A program made the translations under genes and the position numbers. Below the pieces are notes generated by a model. It saw nothing but the letters and a program-made list of their open reading frames with translations, did not search any database and had not been told where the DNA came from. A DNA stretch of 51,389 bases from the NCBI GenBank assembly GCA_021791545.1, contig JAJYWL010000003.1:1-51389 (forward strand), read 5' to 3'. Of this stretch, positions 9,542 to 17,989 are shown one piece after another (position 1 is the stretch's first letter; every line of letters begins with the position of its first letter). The stretch is from a bacterium. GTDB taxonomy: Bacteria > Patescibacteriota > Microgenomatia > Levybacterales > UBA12049.

Positions 9542-9570
9542 TTGACATCTAGCAATTAATGTGCTAGATT
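9542..9570 (+). promoter_or_regulatory. candidate sigma70-type promoter of lon with an embedded inverted repeat
   Basis: TTGACA (9542-9547), 17 nt, TAGATT (9565-9570). The inverted repeat CTAGCA-attaatg-TGCTAG (9549-9567) fills the spacer. Confidence 0.5.
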
Positions 9571-9592
9571 GCTAAATACAAAGATATTCATT

Positions 9593-11953
9593 ATGGAACG
9601 ATATATCCCAATAATACCAATTAGAGACGGAATAATATTCCCTAATACAGACTCAGTATTAACCTTCGGAAGACCAAAGAGTCTTGCTGCTCTTGAATCA
9701 TCTTTTACCCAGGAAAGAGTTGTTGCTTTTGTTCTACAGAAAAACTCAAGGATCAATGACCCCGAACCAACAGATCTATACACCGTTGGAACCCTTTGCC
9801 ATATAGAGAGAATGATCAAGGCAGACGGGGAAATAAATGCACAGGTTAGAGGTCTTTCAAGAATCCAAGTTTTAGAGTACGACGAAAGCACCGCTTTTCT
9901 TATGGGAAGAGTACTTGAAATAGAAGAAACACCAGATGATTCGGCAGAAGTAAAAGCTTTATGCAACCACCTTACAAACGAATTTAGAAGAGCAATGAAT
10001 TTGGGAAAATTCGTAGATTTCTTGGTCTTTATGAATATAATGTCCGAGAATACCCCTTCACAGCTTGCAGATTTGGTTTCCTCAGTACTTGATCTTAAAC
10101 CTGCAGAGAAACAAGTTCTTCTCGAAGAATTGGACGTAAAGAAAAGACTTGAGAAAGTAATAGATTACCTTGCAAAAGAAATAAAGGTATTAGAGCTTGA
10201 GAAAAAGATAGCCTCAAAAACACAGGAAAGATTTGAAAAAGGCGCAAGGGAAGTAATGTTAAGGGAAAGATTAAAGACCATCGAGAAAGAGCTTGGGGAA
10301 AATGATGAGGATAGCGAAACAAGAGAACTTCTTCTTAAGTTAAGAGATGCGGGAATGCCAAAGGATACGGAAGAAAAGGCAAGAAAAGAAATAAAGAAAC
10401 TTTCCCAAATGAATCAGTTCAATCCTGAAGCAGGATATATAAGAAACTACCTTGATTGGCTTCTGGCCCTTCCTTGGAGCAAGGAAAGTAAGAGTAATAT
10501 AGATATAGCAGTAGCAGAGAAGATTCTTAACCAGGATCATTTCGGCCTGGATAAGGTAAAAGAAAGAATCGTAGAGTATCTTGCCGTCAATAAGCTTGCC
10601 GGAAAAATGAAGGGACCGATACTTTGCTTTGTTGGACCGCCCGGCGTAGGTAAAACATCTCTTGGAAAATCCATAGCAAGAGCCCTTGACAGGAAATTCA
10701 TCAAAGTTTCTTTGGGAGGAATAAGAGACGAGGCAGAAATAAGAGGACATAGAAGAACATATGTAGGAGCTTTACCCGGAAGAATTATTCAGGGAATAAA
10801 AGATGCAGGAACAAGAAATCCTGTATTCATGCTTGATGAAATCGATAAGGTAGGAGCAGATTTCAGGGGAGATCCTTCTTCCGCCTTACTCGAAGCACTT
10901 GATCCCGAACAGAATAACGTTTTTTCAGACCATTATCTTGAGGTTCCTTTTGATCTTTCCGACGTAATGTTTGTCACGACGGCAAACGTTTTGGACACAA
11001 TTCCTCCTGCTCTTAGAGATAGGCTCGAAATAATCCAATTCTCGGGCTATACCCAGGAAGAAAAATTCAGGATTACAAAAGGATTTCTTCTTAAGAAAGA
11101 AATGGAAAGTCACGGACTTAAAGACAGTCAGGTACAGATTACGGATAAGGCAATAAGATTTGTCATAGACCATTACACGAGAGAAGCCGGAGTAAGAGGT
11201 CTTGAGAGACAGGTAGCTACGATTCTTAGAAAAGTAGCGAAGATGGTAGCAGAAGGAAAGAAAGGAAAAGTTGTTGTCACGGAGAAGAATGTGACAAAAT
11301 TCCTTGGCCCCACGAGACTTGGTTCGACATTGATTGAAAAACAGGACGAAGTCGGAATGTCCACGGGACTTGCATGGACCGAAGCAGGCGGAGACATACT
11401 ATTTATAGAAGTCGCTCTTATGCCGGGTAAAGGCAGTCTCATCTTAACCGGACAGCTTGGAGATGTAATGAAGGAATCTTGTCAGGCTGCTCTTTCATAT
11501 ATAAGGGCTAGGGCACAGCAAATGGGGATAAGCGAAAAGTTCTTCCAGAAGATGGATATACATGTTCATGTGCCCGAAGGAGCTGTTCCCAAAGACGGTC
11601 CTTCCGCAGGAACTGCAATAACAACTGCAATAGTTTCGGCTTTGACCAAAATTCCTGTCAATAGAACCGTAGGTATGACAGGAGAAGTAACGTTAAGAGG
11701 AAGAGTACTTGAAATAGGTGGTATAAAAGAAAAAGTAATTGCGGCCCATAGAGCGGGACTTAAGACGGTAATTATGCCAAAAGAGAACAAGAAAGATTTG
11801 GAAGATGTTCCTAAAGAAGTACTAAAGAAAATGAAGTTTGTCTTTGTAGAGCATATGGATGAAGTGCTTAATATTGCTCTAACAAAACCTCTTAAACAGA
11901 AGGAATATCAAAGACCTGTTCTTTACGCAGCAAATCCTCAGCAGGCTGATTAA
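9593..11953 (+). CDS. lon: ATP-dependent Lon protease (LonA type)
   Basis: LON N-domain, Walker A GPPGVGKTS, Walker B FMLDEIDK, and a Ser-Lys protease domain PKDGPSAGTA. The ORF track starts at a TTG at 9569, but the first ATG (MERYIPIIPIRDG) at 9593 fits better with the promoter at 9542-9570. Confidence 0.95.
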   Translation: MERYIPIIPIRDGIIFPNTDSVLTFGRPKSLAALESSFTQERVVAFVLQKNSRINDPEPTDLYTVGTLCHIERMIKADGEINAQVRGLSRIQVLEYDESTAFLMGRVLEIEETPDDSAEVKALCNHLTNEFRRAMNLGKFVDFLVFMNIMSENTPSQLADLVSSVLDLKPAEKQVLLEELDVKKRLEKVIDYLAKEIKVLELEKKIASKTQERFEKGAREVMLRERLKTIEKELGENDEDSETRELLLKLRDAGMPKDTEEKARKEIKKLSQMNQFNPEAGYIRNYLDWLLALPWSKESKSNIDIAVAEKILNQDHFGLDKVKERIVEYLAVNKLAGKMKGPILCFVGPPGVGKTSLGKSIARALDRKFIKVSLGGIRDEAEIRGHRRTYVGALPGRIIQGIKDAGTRNPVFMLDEIDKVGADFRGDPSSALLEALDPEQNNVFSDHYLEVPFDLSDVMFVTTANVLDTIPPALRDRLEIIQFSGYTQEEKFRITKGFLLKKEMESHGLKDSQVQITDKAIRFVIDHYTREAGVRGLERQVATILRKVAKMVAEGKKGKVVVTEKNVTKFLGPTRLGSTLIEKQDEVGMSTGLAWTEAGGDILFIEVALMPGKGSLILTGQLGDVMKESCQAALSYIRARAQQMGISEKFFQKMDIHVHVPEGAVPKDGPSAGTAITTAIVSALTKIPVNRTVGMTGEVTLRGRVLEIGGIKEKVIAAHRAGLKTVIMPKENKKDLEDVPKEVLKKMKFVFVEHMDEVLNIALTKPLKQKEYQRPVLYAANPQQAD

Positions 11954-13392
11954 TTATTATCAAGTAACTTCTTGTAGAGGGAAAAATACTCTTGGGCGCT
12001 TCTTTTCCAGGAAAAGTCGGAGTTGAGAGCGTTATTGGTAATCTCTTCAAACTGTTTTTTATCGTTTTTCCAGACATCGAACGCTTTAAATAAAGCTTTT
12101 TCTAATGATTCGGAATTATATTTCTCAAACAAGAATCCGGTAAAGTTTTCTTTTATTGAATCTATTAATCCTCCCGTTTTGTGGGCAACAGGAATGGTTC
12201 CGAAAAGCATAGCTATCATTTGTATTAGTCCACAAGGTTCATAAAGTGAAGGGATAAGTATGAAGTCTGAGCCTGCATAGATTTGATGAGCAAGAGCTTC
12301 GTCAAACTTAAAATTACAGGAAACATATTTAGGGAAAAAAGTTGAGAGCCAGTTATATCTTTCTTCCCAATGTTTATCTCCATCGCCTAACATTACGAAT
12401 TGGAATTTTTGCTTTTCTACGTTTCTTCGAAGCATAGTATGCATTATGTCTAGTCCTTTTTGTTTAGGGTCAAGTCTTCCTATAAAGCAGACAAGTGGAA
12501 GATTGTTGTCTACTTTTAATCCTAATTTTTTTTGCAAGAATTTTTTGTTAAGTTTCTTACCTTCTTTCCAATTGTAGAATTTTTTTCCTCCAACTATTTC
12601 TTCGTGGCTATTATAAGGATATTTAACTGATTTATAGTGAGTTGTATTTCTCCATCCGGTATCAATTCCGTTTAATATTCCCTCTATTTTTCCTTCCATT
12701 CCCCTTAAGATTTCGTTTAAACCTTGTCCATATTCTTCTGTTAAAATTTCCTTAGCGTAGGTAGGCGAAACAACAGTTATCTTATCTGAATGAATAATTC
12801 CTTCCAGCAGGAAATTAATTTTCTTTGACTTAATTTCCCATTGCACAATCTTACAAAGATTCGGATCAATTCCCATATCTTTTATGACTGAGACGGGAGA
12901 AGGTCCTTGGTATGCCAGGTTATGTATTGTAAACACGGTTTTAACAGGAATCTTTTCGTTCTTTATTAGAAGAGGAATAAGTCCGCAGTGGCGATCGTTT
13001 AAGTGAAGGATATCAGGTTCCCAATCAAGAACTTTTCTCTTTAAGATTTCTACAATTACTTTATCGAAGAATCCCCATGTATCTACGGGATTAGCCTTAT
13101 CAAGGTATTTTTTGTTTTTAATAAAATAAGCGGGGACTCCTGTATATGGACTTTGGGTAGTCCAAACCTCAACCGTTTGTTTTTTTCCTCCATAAACAAG
13201 AGAAAAAACAGCTACCTTTTCTTTTTTATTTCTTCCCATCTTTTCTACTTTGTAGTAGGGGGTAATAACTCTTATATCTACTCCTAAGGATTTAAGTGCT
13301 GCAGGTAGTGATCTTGCTACGTCACCTAAGCCTCCCATTTTGAAAAAGGGGTCGAGTTCCCAAACTGCGAAGAGGACTTTCATCTCGACCAT
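11950..13392 (-). CDS. glgA: glycogen/starch synthase (GT5, GlgA-like)
   Basis: MKVLFAVWELDPFFKMGGLGDVARSLPAAL matches the K-x-GGL motif of GlgA. Size and C-terminal GT-B features fit. The ATG at 13392 is preceded by AGGTGG (minus strand), so the 24 extra N-terminal codons in the ORF track are probably not translated. Confidence 0.85.
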   Translation of the reverse strand: MVEMKVLFAVWELDPFFKMGGLGDVARSLPAALKSLGVDIRVITPYYKVEKMGRNKKEKVAVFSLVYGGKKQTVEVWTTQSPYTGVPAYFIKNKKYLDKANPVDTWGFFDKVIVEILKRKVLDWEPDILHLNDRHCGLIPLLIKNEKIPVKTVFTIHNLAYQGPSPVSVIKDMGIDPNLCKIVQWEIKSKKINFLLEGIIHSDKITVVSPTYAKEILTEEYGQGLNEILRGMEGKIEGILNGIDTGWRNTTHYKSVKYPYNSHEEIVGGKKFYNWKEGKKLNKKFLQKKLGLKVDNNLPLVCFIGRLDPKQKGLDIMHTMLRRNVEKQKFQFVMLGDGDKHWEERYNWLSTFFPKYVSCNFKFDEALAHQIYAGSDFILIPSLYEPCGLIQMIAMLFGTIPVAHKTGGLIDSIKENFTGFLFEKYNSESLEKALFKAFDVWKNDKKQFEEITNNALNSDFSWKRSAQEYFSLYKKLLDNN

Positions 13393-13416
13393 TATACCAC
13401 CTATTACTCTTAATGT

Positions 13417-13445
13417 TTGCCTCAATAAGTGGATGAGAATATAAT
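13417..13445 (+). promoter_or_regulatory. candidate promoter of the P-type ATPase gene; implies a leaderless or near-leaderless mRNA
   Basis: TTGCCT (13417-13422), 17 nt, TATAAT (13440-13445). An in-frame ATG at 13453 lies 7-8 nt downstream of the -10 element. Confidence 0.45.
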
Positions 13446-15810
13446 GATATCTATGGGGCCTCATTTTACAGGACTTACTTCAGAGAAAGCGAAAGAAATA
13501 TTAGATAAAGATGGGCTGAATGTAATACCCGAGGCAAAAAATGTTTTTCTTAAAAAGATTATAAGTTCATTTTTCTCCGTAATTTCTCTTATGCTTCTGG
13601 GAGCATCTCTTCTTTCTTTTTACACAGATAAGGTATTCGATGGATTCTTTATTATTTTTCTTTTGATTCTAAATAGTTCTGTAACTTTTTGGCAGGAGAG
13701 AAAAGCTGACAATGCCATTAAAAAACTTAATAAAAGTATTTCTTCTTTTGTCGAAGTTTTAAGAGACAATGAATGGAAAAAGTTAGATTCAACAAAAATA
13801 GTAAGAGGAGATACGATTCGGGTTTCTTTAGGCGGGGTCATTCCTGGAGACGGAAGAATACTTGAAGCAAAAAATCTAAGTATCAATCAATCGGTTCTCA
13901 CGGGAGAATCACTCCCGCTTTCTAAAAAAGAAGGGGATACGGTATATTCAGGTTCGTTTGTATCTACAGGTCTTGTTGTTTTGGAGGTTACGGCAACAGG
14001 ATCCAATACTTATTTTGGTAAAACAATTTCATCGGTCGATAAAGTAAGAAAGAAAAGCCTCTTGGAGAAGGATATAATAAGGATTTCTCAATTCCTGTCT
14101 GCAATGAGTATCGTGGCAATTGTAATTCTCACTGTGGTTTTTCTTTCTCTTAAGGTAAGTTTTGTAGATACACTAACATTGAGTCTTACTCTTCTTATCG
14201 CCGGAATACCCATAAGTCTTCCAACAGTAATGACTCTCATTATTGAATTAGGAGTTATTGAGCTGGCAAAGAAAAAAGTAATCGTAAGAAGGCTTTCGTC
14301 TCTTGAAGATTTATCAAATGTTAATTTTCTTTTGACAGATAAGACGGGAACTCTTACCAAAAATCTTATAAGCATAAATCAGGTCGTTTCCTATTCGGAT
14401 TTTTCAGATAATGAGGTTATTCTCTATTCCTATCTTTCTTCGGTTAATGATGCTCAGAGTACTATCAATCAGGCAATAATAAGAAAAAAAGAGGAATTAA
14501 AGCTTGATTCTTCTTCTTACGAAATACAAGATTTCATTCCCGTAGATCTTGAGAGAAAAAGAGCTTCGGTTATAGCTACTTATAAGGGCGAAAAATTGGA
14601 TATAACAGTCGGTGCTCCTCAAGAAATAGAAAAACTTTGCAAGCTTTCGAATGAACTTAAGGCAAAACTTGAAAACGACGTGGAGGATTTTGCAAGAAGA
14701 GGATTCAGGGCAGTTGCTGTGGCGGTCGGTAAAAAGGAAAAGAACATGGAGCTTGCAGGACTATTATCGTTATCTGATGAGTTAAGGGAAGAAGCCGGAG
14801 ATGTAATTTCATTTCTAAAACAAAACGGAATTTCGACCTCGATGGTAACGGGTGATAATAAGGCAATAACCTCGGAAATAGTCAGGAAGTTAGGAATAGA
14901 GGGTGACGTTTTGACAAAAGAAGATCTCGAGAAAATGGGATGGGAAAATGTCGCGAGAGACACTTTCTTAAAGACCGGAGCATTTTCGGAGATAATGCCG
15001 GAAGATAAGCTTCTCTTGGTAAAATATGCAAAGAAATATTTCGTAGTCGCTTCAAACGGAGACGGAATAAATGATCTTCCTGCTCTAAAAGAAGCAAACG
15101 TCGGTATTGCCGTAAAAAATGCCGTAGATGCTCTTAAAGCAACCGGGGACATAGTGCTTTTGTCTTCGGGGATATCGGTAATAAAGGACGCAATAATTGA
15201 AGCAAGAAAAATCTTTGAAAGACTTTATGTTTATTCGGTCTACAGACTCTCTGAGAGCCAAAGATTAATAATTACTGTTTTGGTTTTAGGATTAATTTAT
15301 AAAGCCTATCCTCTTTCTCCTCTCCAGTTAATACTTCTTGCGCTTTTGAACGATCTTCCGATTATTACTCTTGCCTTCGATAGGGTAAAGATAACTTCAA
15401 GTCCCGAAAAAATAAACGTAAGACAAAGACTTCTTCTAAGTTCTTTGTTCGGCATTACGGGAGTCTTGAATTCACTCATACTCTTTTTTATTATGACTTC
15501 GATTTTGCATCTTCCCTGGGGAATGGTAGAAACTATCTTTTTCCTAAAGCTTACTATTTCGGGCCATATGCTTATCTATGTTGCCCATACGAAAGATAGA
15601 TGGTACAAGTTCTTCCCAAGTAAGGAAGTAATTTTTGCGACAACAATCACTCAGGTTATAGCTTCGTTATTGGCATTTACCGGAATATTTATGCCTTCCG
15701 GAATTTCCCTTGGGTGGATAGTTATTGTCTGGATATGGGCATTCTTCTGGATGCAGGTATCCGAGGGAGCAAAAATTCTACAGCAGAAATTAGCAGGAAG
15801 AGATATTTAG
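13429..15810 (+). CDS. P-type cation-translocating ATPase, P3A (H+-ATPase)-like
   Basis: DKTGTLT phosphorylation motif (LLTDKTGTLTKN), TGES (LTGESLP), TGDN and GDGINDLPALKEANVGIAV. The N-terminus GLTSEKAKEILDKDGLNVIPE resembles archaeal and plant H+-ATPases. The start is ambiguous (GTG 13429, ATG 13444 or ATG 13453). Confidence 0.85.
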   Translation: MDENIMISMGPHFTGLTSEKAKEILDKDGLNVIPEAKNVFLKKIISSFFSVISLMLLGASLLSFYTDKVFDGFFIIFLLILNSSVTFWQERKADNAIKKLNKSISSFVEVLRDNEWKKLDSTKIVRGDTIRVSLGGVIPGDGRILEAKNLSINQSVLTGESLPLSKKEGDTVYSGSFVSTGLVVLEVTATGSNTYFGKTISSVDKVRKKSLLEKDIIRISQFLSAMSIVAIVILTVVFLSLKVSFVDTLTLSLTLLIAGIPISLPTVMTLIIELGVIELAKKKVIVRRLSSLEDLSNVNFLLTDKTGTLTKNLISINQVVSYSDFSDNEVILYSYLSSVNDAQSTINQAIIRKKEELKLDSSSYEIQDFIPVDLERKRASVIATYKGEKLDITVGAPQEIEKLCKLSNELKAKLENDVEDFARRGFRAVAVAVGKKEKNMELAGLLSLSDELREEAGDVISFLKQNGISTSMVTGDNKAITSEIVRKLGIEGDVLTKEDLEKMGWENVARDTFLKTGAFSEIMPEDKLLLVKYAKKYFVVASNGDGINDLPALKEANVGIAVKNAVDALKATGDIVLLSSGISVIKDAIIEARKIFERLYVYSVYRLSESQRLIITVLVLGLIYKAYPLSPLQLILLALLNDLPIITLAFDRVKITSSPEKINVRQRLLLSSLFGITGVLNSLILFFIMTSILHLPWGMVETIFFLKLTISGHMLIYVAHTKDRWYKFFPSKEVIFATTITQVIASLLAFTGIFMPSGISLGWIVIVWIWAFFWMQVSEGAKILQQKLAGRDI

Positions 15811-15811
15811 G

Positions 15812-16270
15812 TTATTTTTCTACAGGGAATCCTTCGGAAATCCATGCATTAATCCCTCCGGAAAGATCATAAACATTCGTAAAGCCTTTCTGTTGCATGA
15901 TTTTCAAAACCGAAGACGATCTATGGCCGGTTCTGCAGTAGACCAGGTAGTTTGCTTTCTTATCAAGGCTATCCAGATAGTCGGAGAACTGTTGTGTCTG
16001 ATAATAATCTTTTTGTGTAGCTCCTTTTATATGTCCTCCCAGGTATTCACTTACTGTTCTTACGTCTAAAAGTTTGAATTTTCCGGATACCAGTTCCCTA
16101 TTGAAATCGGAAGGGGAGAGGTCGGTGAAATAGGCTTGTGAACCGAGAGTAGTGGAATTAGGTTTTGAATCAATACTTAAGACTATTGCCCCAAGTAAAA
16201 CGACTATAAGTATTGCGACTCCAAGCAAAATGATTCTGTTCATTTTTTTATTATATCCTTGACCTAACAT
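15812..16270 (-). CDS. membrane-anchored rhodanese-domain sulfurtransferase
   Basis: 152 aa. N-terminal TM IILLGVAILIVVLLGAIVL, then a rhodanese fold with the active-site loop CRTGHRS. The alternative start MNRIILLG (16243) is possible because the first ATG lies inside the operator palindrome. Confidence 0.8.
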   Translation of the reverse strand: MLGQGYNKKMNRIILLGVAILIVVLLGAIVLSIDSKPNSTTLGSQAYFTDLSPSDFNRELVSGKFKLLDVRTVSEYLGGHIKGATQKDYYQTQQFSDYLDSLDKKANYLVYCRTGHRSSSVLKIMQQKGFTNVYDLSGGINAWISEGFPVEK

Positions 16271-16289
16271 ATTAGCAAGTGCTAATATG
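16268..16289. promoter_or_regulatory. 10-2-10 perfect inverted repeat; candidate ArsR-family operator in a divergent promoter region
   Basis: CATATTAGCA-AG-TGCTAATATG lies between the divergent rhodanese gene and the arsR-like gene (ATG at 16295). Confidence 0.65.
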
Positions 16290-16294
16290 TATTT

Positions 16295-16564
16295 ATGGAA
16301 ACAACTGTTATTAATGTCTTTTCAAGTCCGGTCAGGTTGAAGCTCCTCTGTTGCCTATCGAGAAACAAAAGGAACGTTTCTGAATTAGTTAAATTTTGTG
16401 GACTTGAACAATCTGCTGTTTCGCAGCATCTTTCTAAGCTAAAGAAGGCAGGACTAATAAGAAATGAAAGAGACGGAAAATATATCTATTACTCTTTAAC
16501 AAAAGCCGAAACAGGGAAAATAGCGAATATGTTAAATAATTATTGCGAGGAGGTGAGTAAATGA
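16295..16564 (+). CDS. ArsR/SmtB-family winged-helix transcriptional regulator (YgaV/BigR-like by context)
   Basis: 89 aa. The HTH region NVSELVKFCGLEQSAVSQHLSKLKKAGLI matches the ArsR family. Cys residues are present in the alpha3-equivalent position (KFCG) and near the C-terminus (NNYCEE). Confidence 0.85.
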   Translation: METTVINVFSSPVRLKLLCCLSRNKRNVSELVKFCGLEQSAVSQHLSKLKKAGLIRNERDGKYIYYSLTKAETGKIANMLNNYCEEVSK

Positions 16565-17178
16565 ACTTTTCATATTTTAGAAAAAGCACTTTTTCTTTAG
16601 AAGAAACACTTGATAATGTTAAAAAACTTGCGGAAAAAAGAGGTTGGAATGTTTTGGGTGAAGCGGATTTTGACAGCGGAAAAATGGTCTTAATCTGTAA
16701 AAAGGAATGGGTTAAAACATTGGTAAAGGAAAATTATGAACTTCTTGGCTTTTTGCCTTGTGCAGTTTCAGTTTTTGAAAAAGATGGAAACCTTATGGTA
16801 GGAACAGGACAACCTTCCGTTATTAAAGCACTTGCTAAAAATCCGGCAACGGCATTTATGGCTCAAGAAGCAGAAAAGCAAGTAAAAGAGCTCATTAACG
16901 AAGCGGCAGGAGTAGGAGAATTAAAACCTACAAATGTTAAACTATATTCAACCATGAGTTGTCCTTATTGCAAGATGGAGAAATCCTGGCTTGAAGAGAA
17001 AAAAGTAGACCATAAAGTCGTATATGTAGATCTTAATCCGGACGAAGCTCAGAAAATGGTAGAAAAGACCGGACAGATGGGGGTTCCAGTAACAGAAATT
17101 GAATTTGAAGAAGGAGAACCTCAATACATAATAGGTTTTGATAAGCCAACATTATCTCAATTACTTGGAGTAAATTAA
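16561..17178 (+). CDS. DUF302-like domain fused to a glutaredoxin/NrdH-like thioredoxin-fold domain
   Basis: 205 aa. The C-terminal part LYSTMSCPYCKMEKSWLEEKKV...GQMGVPV has a CPYC redox motif. The N-terminal ~110 aa resembles DUF302. The start overlaps the arsR-like stop (ATGA). Confidence 0.65.
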   Translation: MNFSYFRKSTFSLEETLDNVKKLAEKRGWNVLGEADFDSGKMVLICKKEWVKTLVKENYELLGFLPCAVSVFEKDGNLMVGTGQPSVIKALAKNPATAFMAQEAEKQVKELINEAAGVGELKPTNVKLYSTMSCPYCKMEKSWLEEKKVDHKVVYVDLNPDEAQKMVEKTGQMGVPVTEIEFEEGEPQYIIGFDKPTLSQLLGVN

Positions 17179-17200
17179 TTTCAAGGAAAGGAGGTGTAAG

Positions 17201-17404
17201 ATGTTAAAGAAAATTCAAAACGAAAGCCAGCAGGACAGGATGATAAGACTAGTTTTAGGTGTCGTTCTCGCTCTTGCCGGATACTTCTTTTTTTCCGGAA
17301 CTATTCAGATCGTAGTTTATGTACTTTCTGTAATAGCACTGGTAACAGGTTTAACAGGATTTTGTCTTTTATATAAGATTTTTGGTATAAAAACTCTGAA
17401 ATAA
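17201..17404 (+). CDS. DUF2892 (YgaP C-terminal-like) small membrane protein
   Basis: 67 aa with two TM helices and the conserved-looking segments RMIRLVLGVVL...GFCLLYKIFGI. There is a strong SD (AAAGGAGGTG) 6 nt upstream. Confidence 0.65.
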   Translation: MLKKIQNESQQDRMIRLVLGVVLALAGYFFFSGTIQIVVYVLSVIALVTGLTGFCLLYKIFGIKTLK

Positions 17405-17422
17405 AGGATAGTAATTAGCAAC

Positions 17423-17450
17423 AAAAACCCGCCTGAAATGGCGGTTTTTT
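17423..17450. terminator. intrinsic terminator between convergent genes, possibly bidirectional
   Basis: AAAAA-CCCGCC-tgaaat-GGCGG-TTTTTT, a GC stem flanked by an A-tract and a T-tract. Confidence 0.6.
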
Positions 17451-17467
17451 GTATTAAGATGAAAAGT

Positions 17468-17989
17468 CTATTGCCCCATCTGCATTTTAAGACCTTTTTG
17501 ATATCTCATTCCTGCTCCGGGTGTAACGGTTACCCCGTTGTTTCCGGAATTTTGAATATATTGTTTCATTATCCCCCTCATGGGTCCCTTACTAAAGACG
17601 GTATTGTCGAGATTAAGATAATCCATCAGAAAACCTGCGGCAAAAATCGAAAGCACTAAAAGAAGTGATATAAGAAGGAAATTCTTTTTATAAGAAATGT
17701 CATAATTTTTCAAAAGCCTTATGCTTATTAATATTGCAAATATTGCAAGAAGAGGTGCCCACCACGGGAAATTTGATAAAAGCTGAGTAAGTCTTATCTG
17801 ACCCATGGGTCCATGAGATCTTAGTACGAAATCTGTAAGTGATATTAGAAATATTGATGCTATTAGTGAAAATACCAAAGACAAGAATAAGAATAATGAG
17901 CCAAGGATAAAATAAATTCTTGGTTTCATTTTAATGTTATCTTTATGTATCTGATTCATTACAGAATCACTTATATTTACTTTTGACAT
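17468..17989 (-). CDS. polytopic membrane protein; candidate anti-sigma factor by position only
   Basis: 173 aa with about 4 TM helices. It overlaps the upstream ECF sigma gene by 13 nt. No zf-HC2 motif was recognised. Confidence 0.45.
   Translation of the reverse strand: MSKVNISDSVMNQIHKDNIKMKPRIYFILGSLFLFLSLVFSLIASIFLISLTDFVLRSHGPMGQIRLTQLLSNFPWWAPLLAIFAILISIRLLKNYDISYKKNFLLISLLLVLSIFAAGFLMDYLNLDNTVFSKGPMRGIMKQYIQNSGNNGVTVTPGAGMRYQKGLKMQMGQ

Noticed and set aside
9549-9567. Possible CIRCE (HrcA) element upstream of lon
   Set aside because: Only 6-bp arms with a 7-nt spacer are present. The CIRCE consensus is TTAGCACTC-N9-GAGTGCTAA. It is kept only as a generic candidate operator.
9556-9966. 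136-aa minus-strand ORF overlapping the lon 5' end
   Set aside because: It is antisense to a strongly supported lon CDS and spans the lon promoter. The other lon-internal antisense ORFs (10095-10322, 10340-10750, 10925-11173, 11173-11442, 11566-11790) are rejected for the same reason.
14619-15152. 177-aa minus-strand ORF (plus 13620-13886, 14088-14375 and 14882-15097)
   Set aside because: These are antisense ORFs inside the P-type ATPase gene, whose conserved motifs fix the true frame.
17438-17659. 73-aa plus-strand ORF
   Set aside because: It starts inside the terminator hairpin and overlaps the minus-strand membrane-protein gene. It has no SD and no recognisable sequence features.
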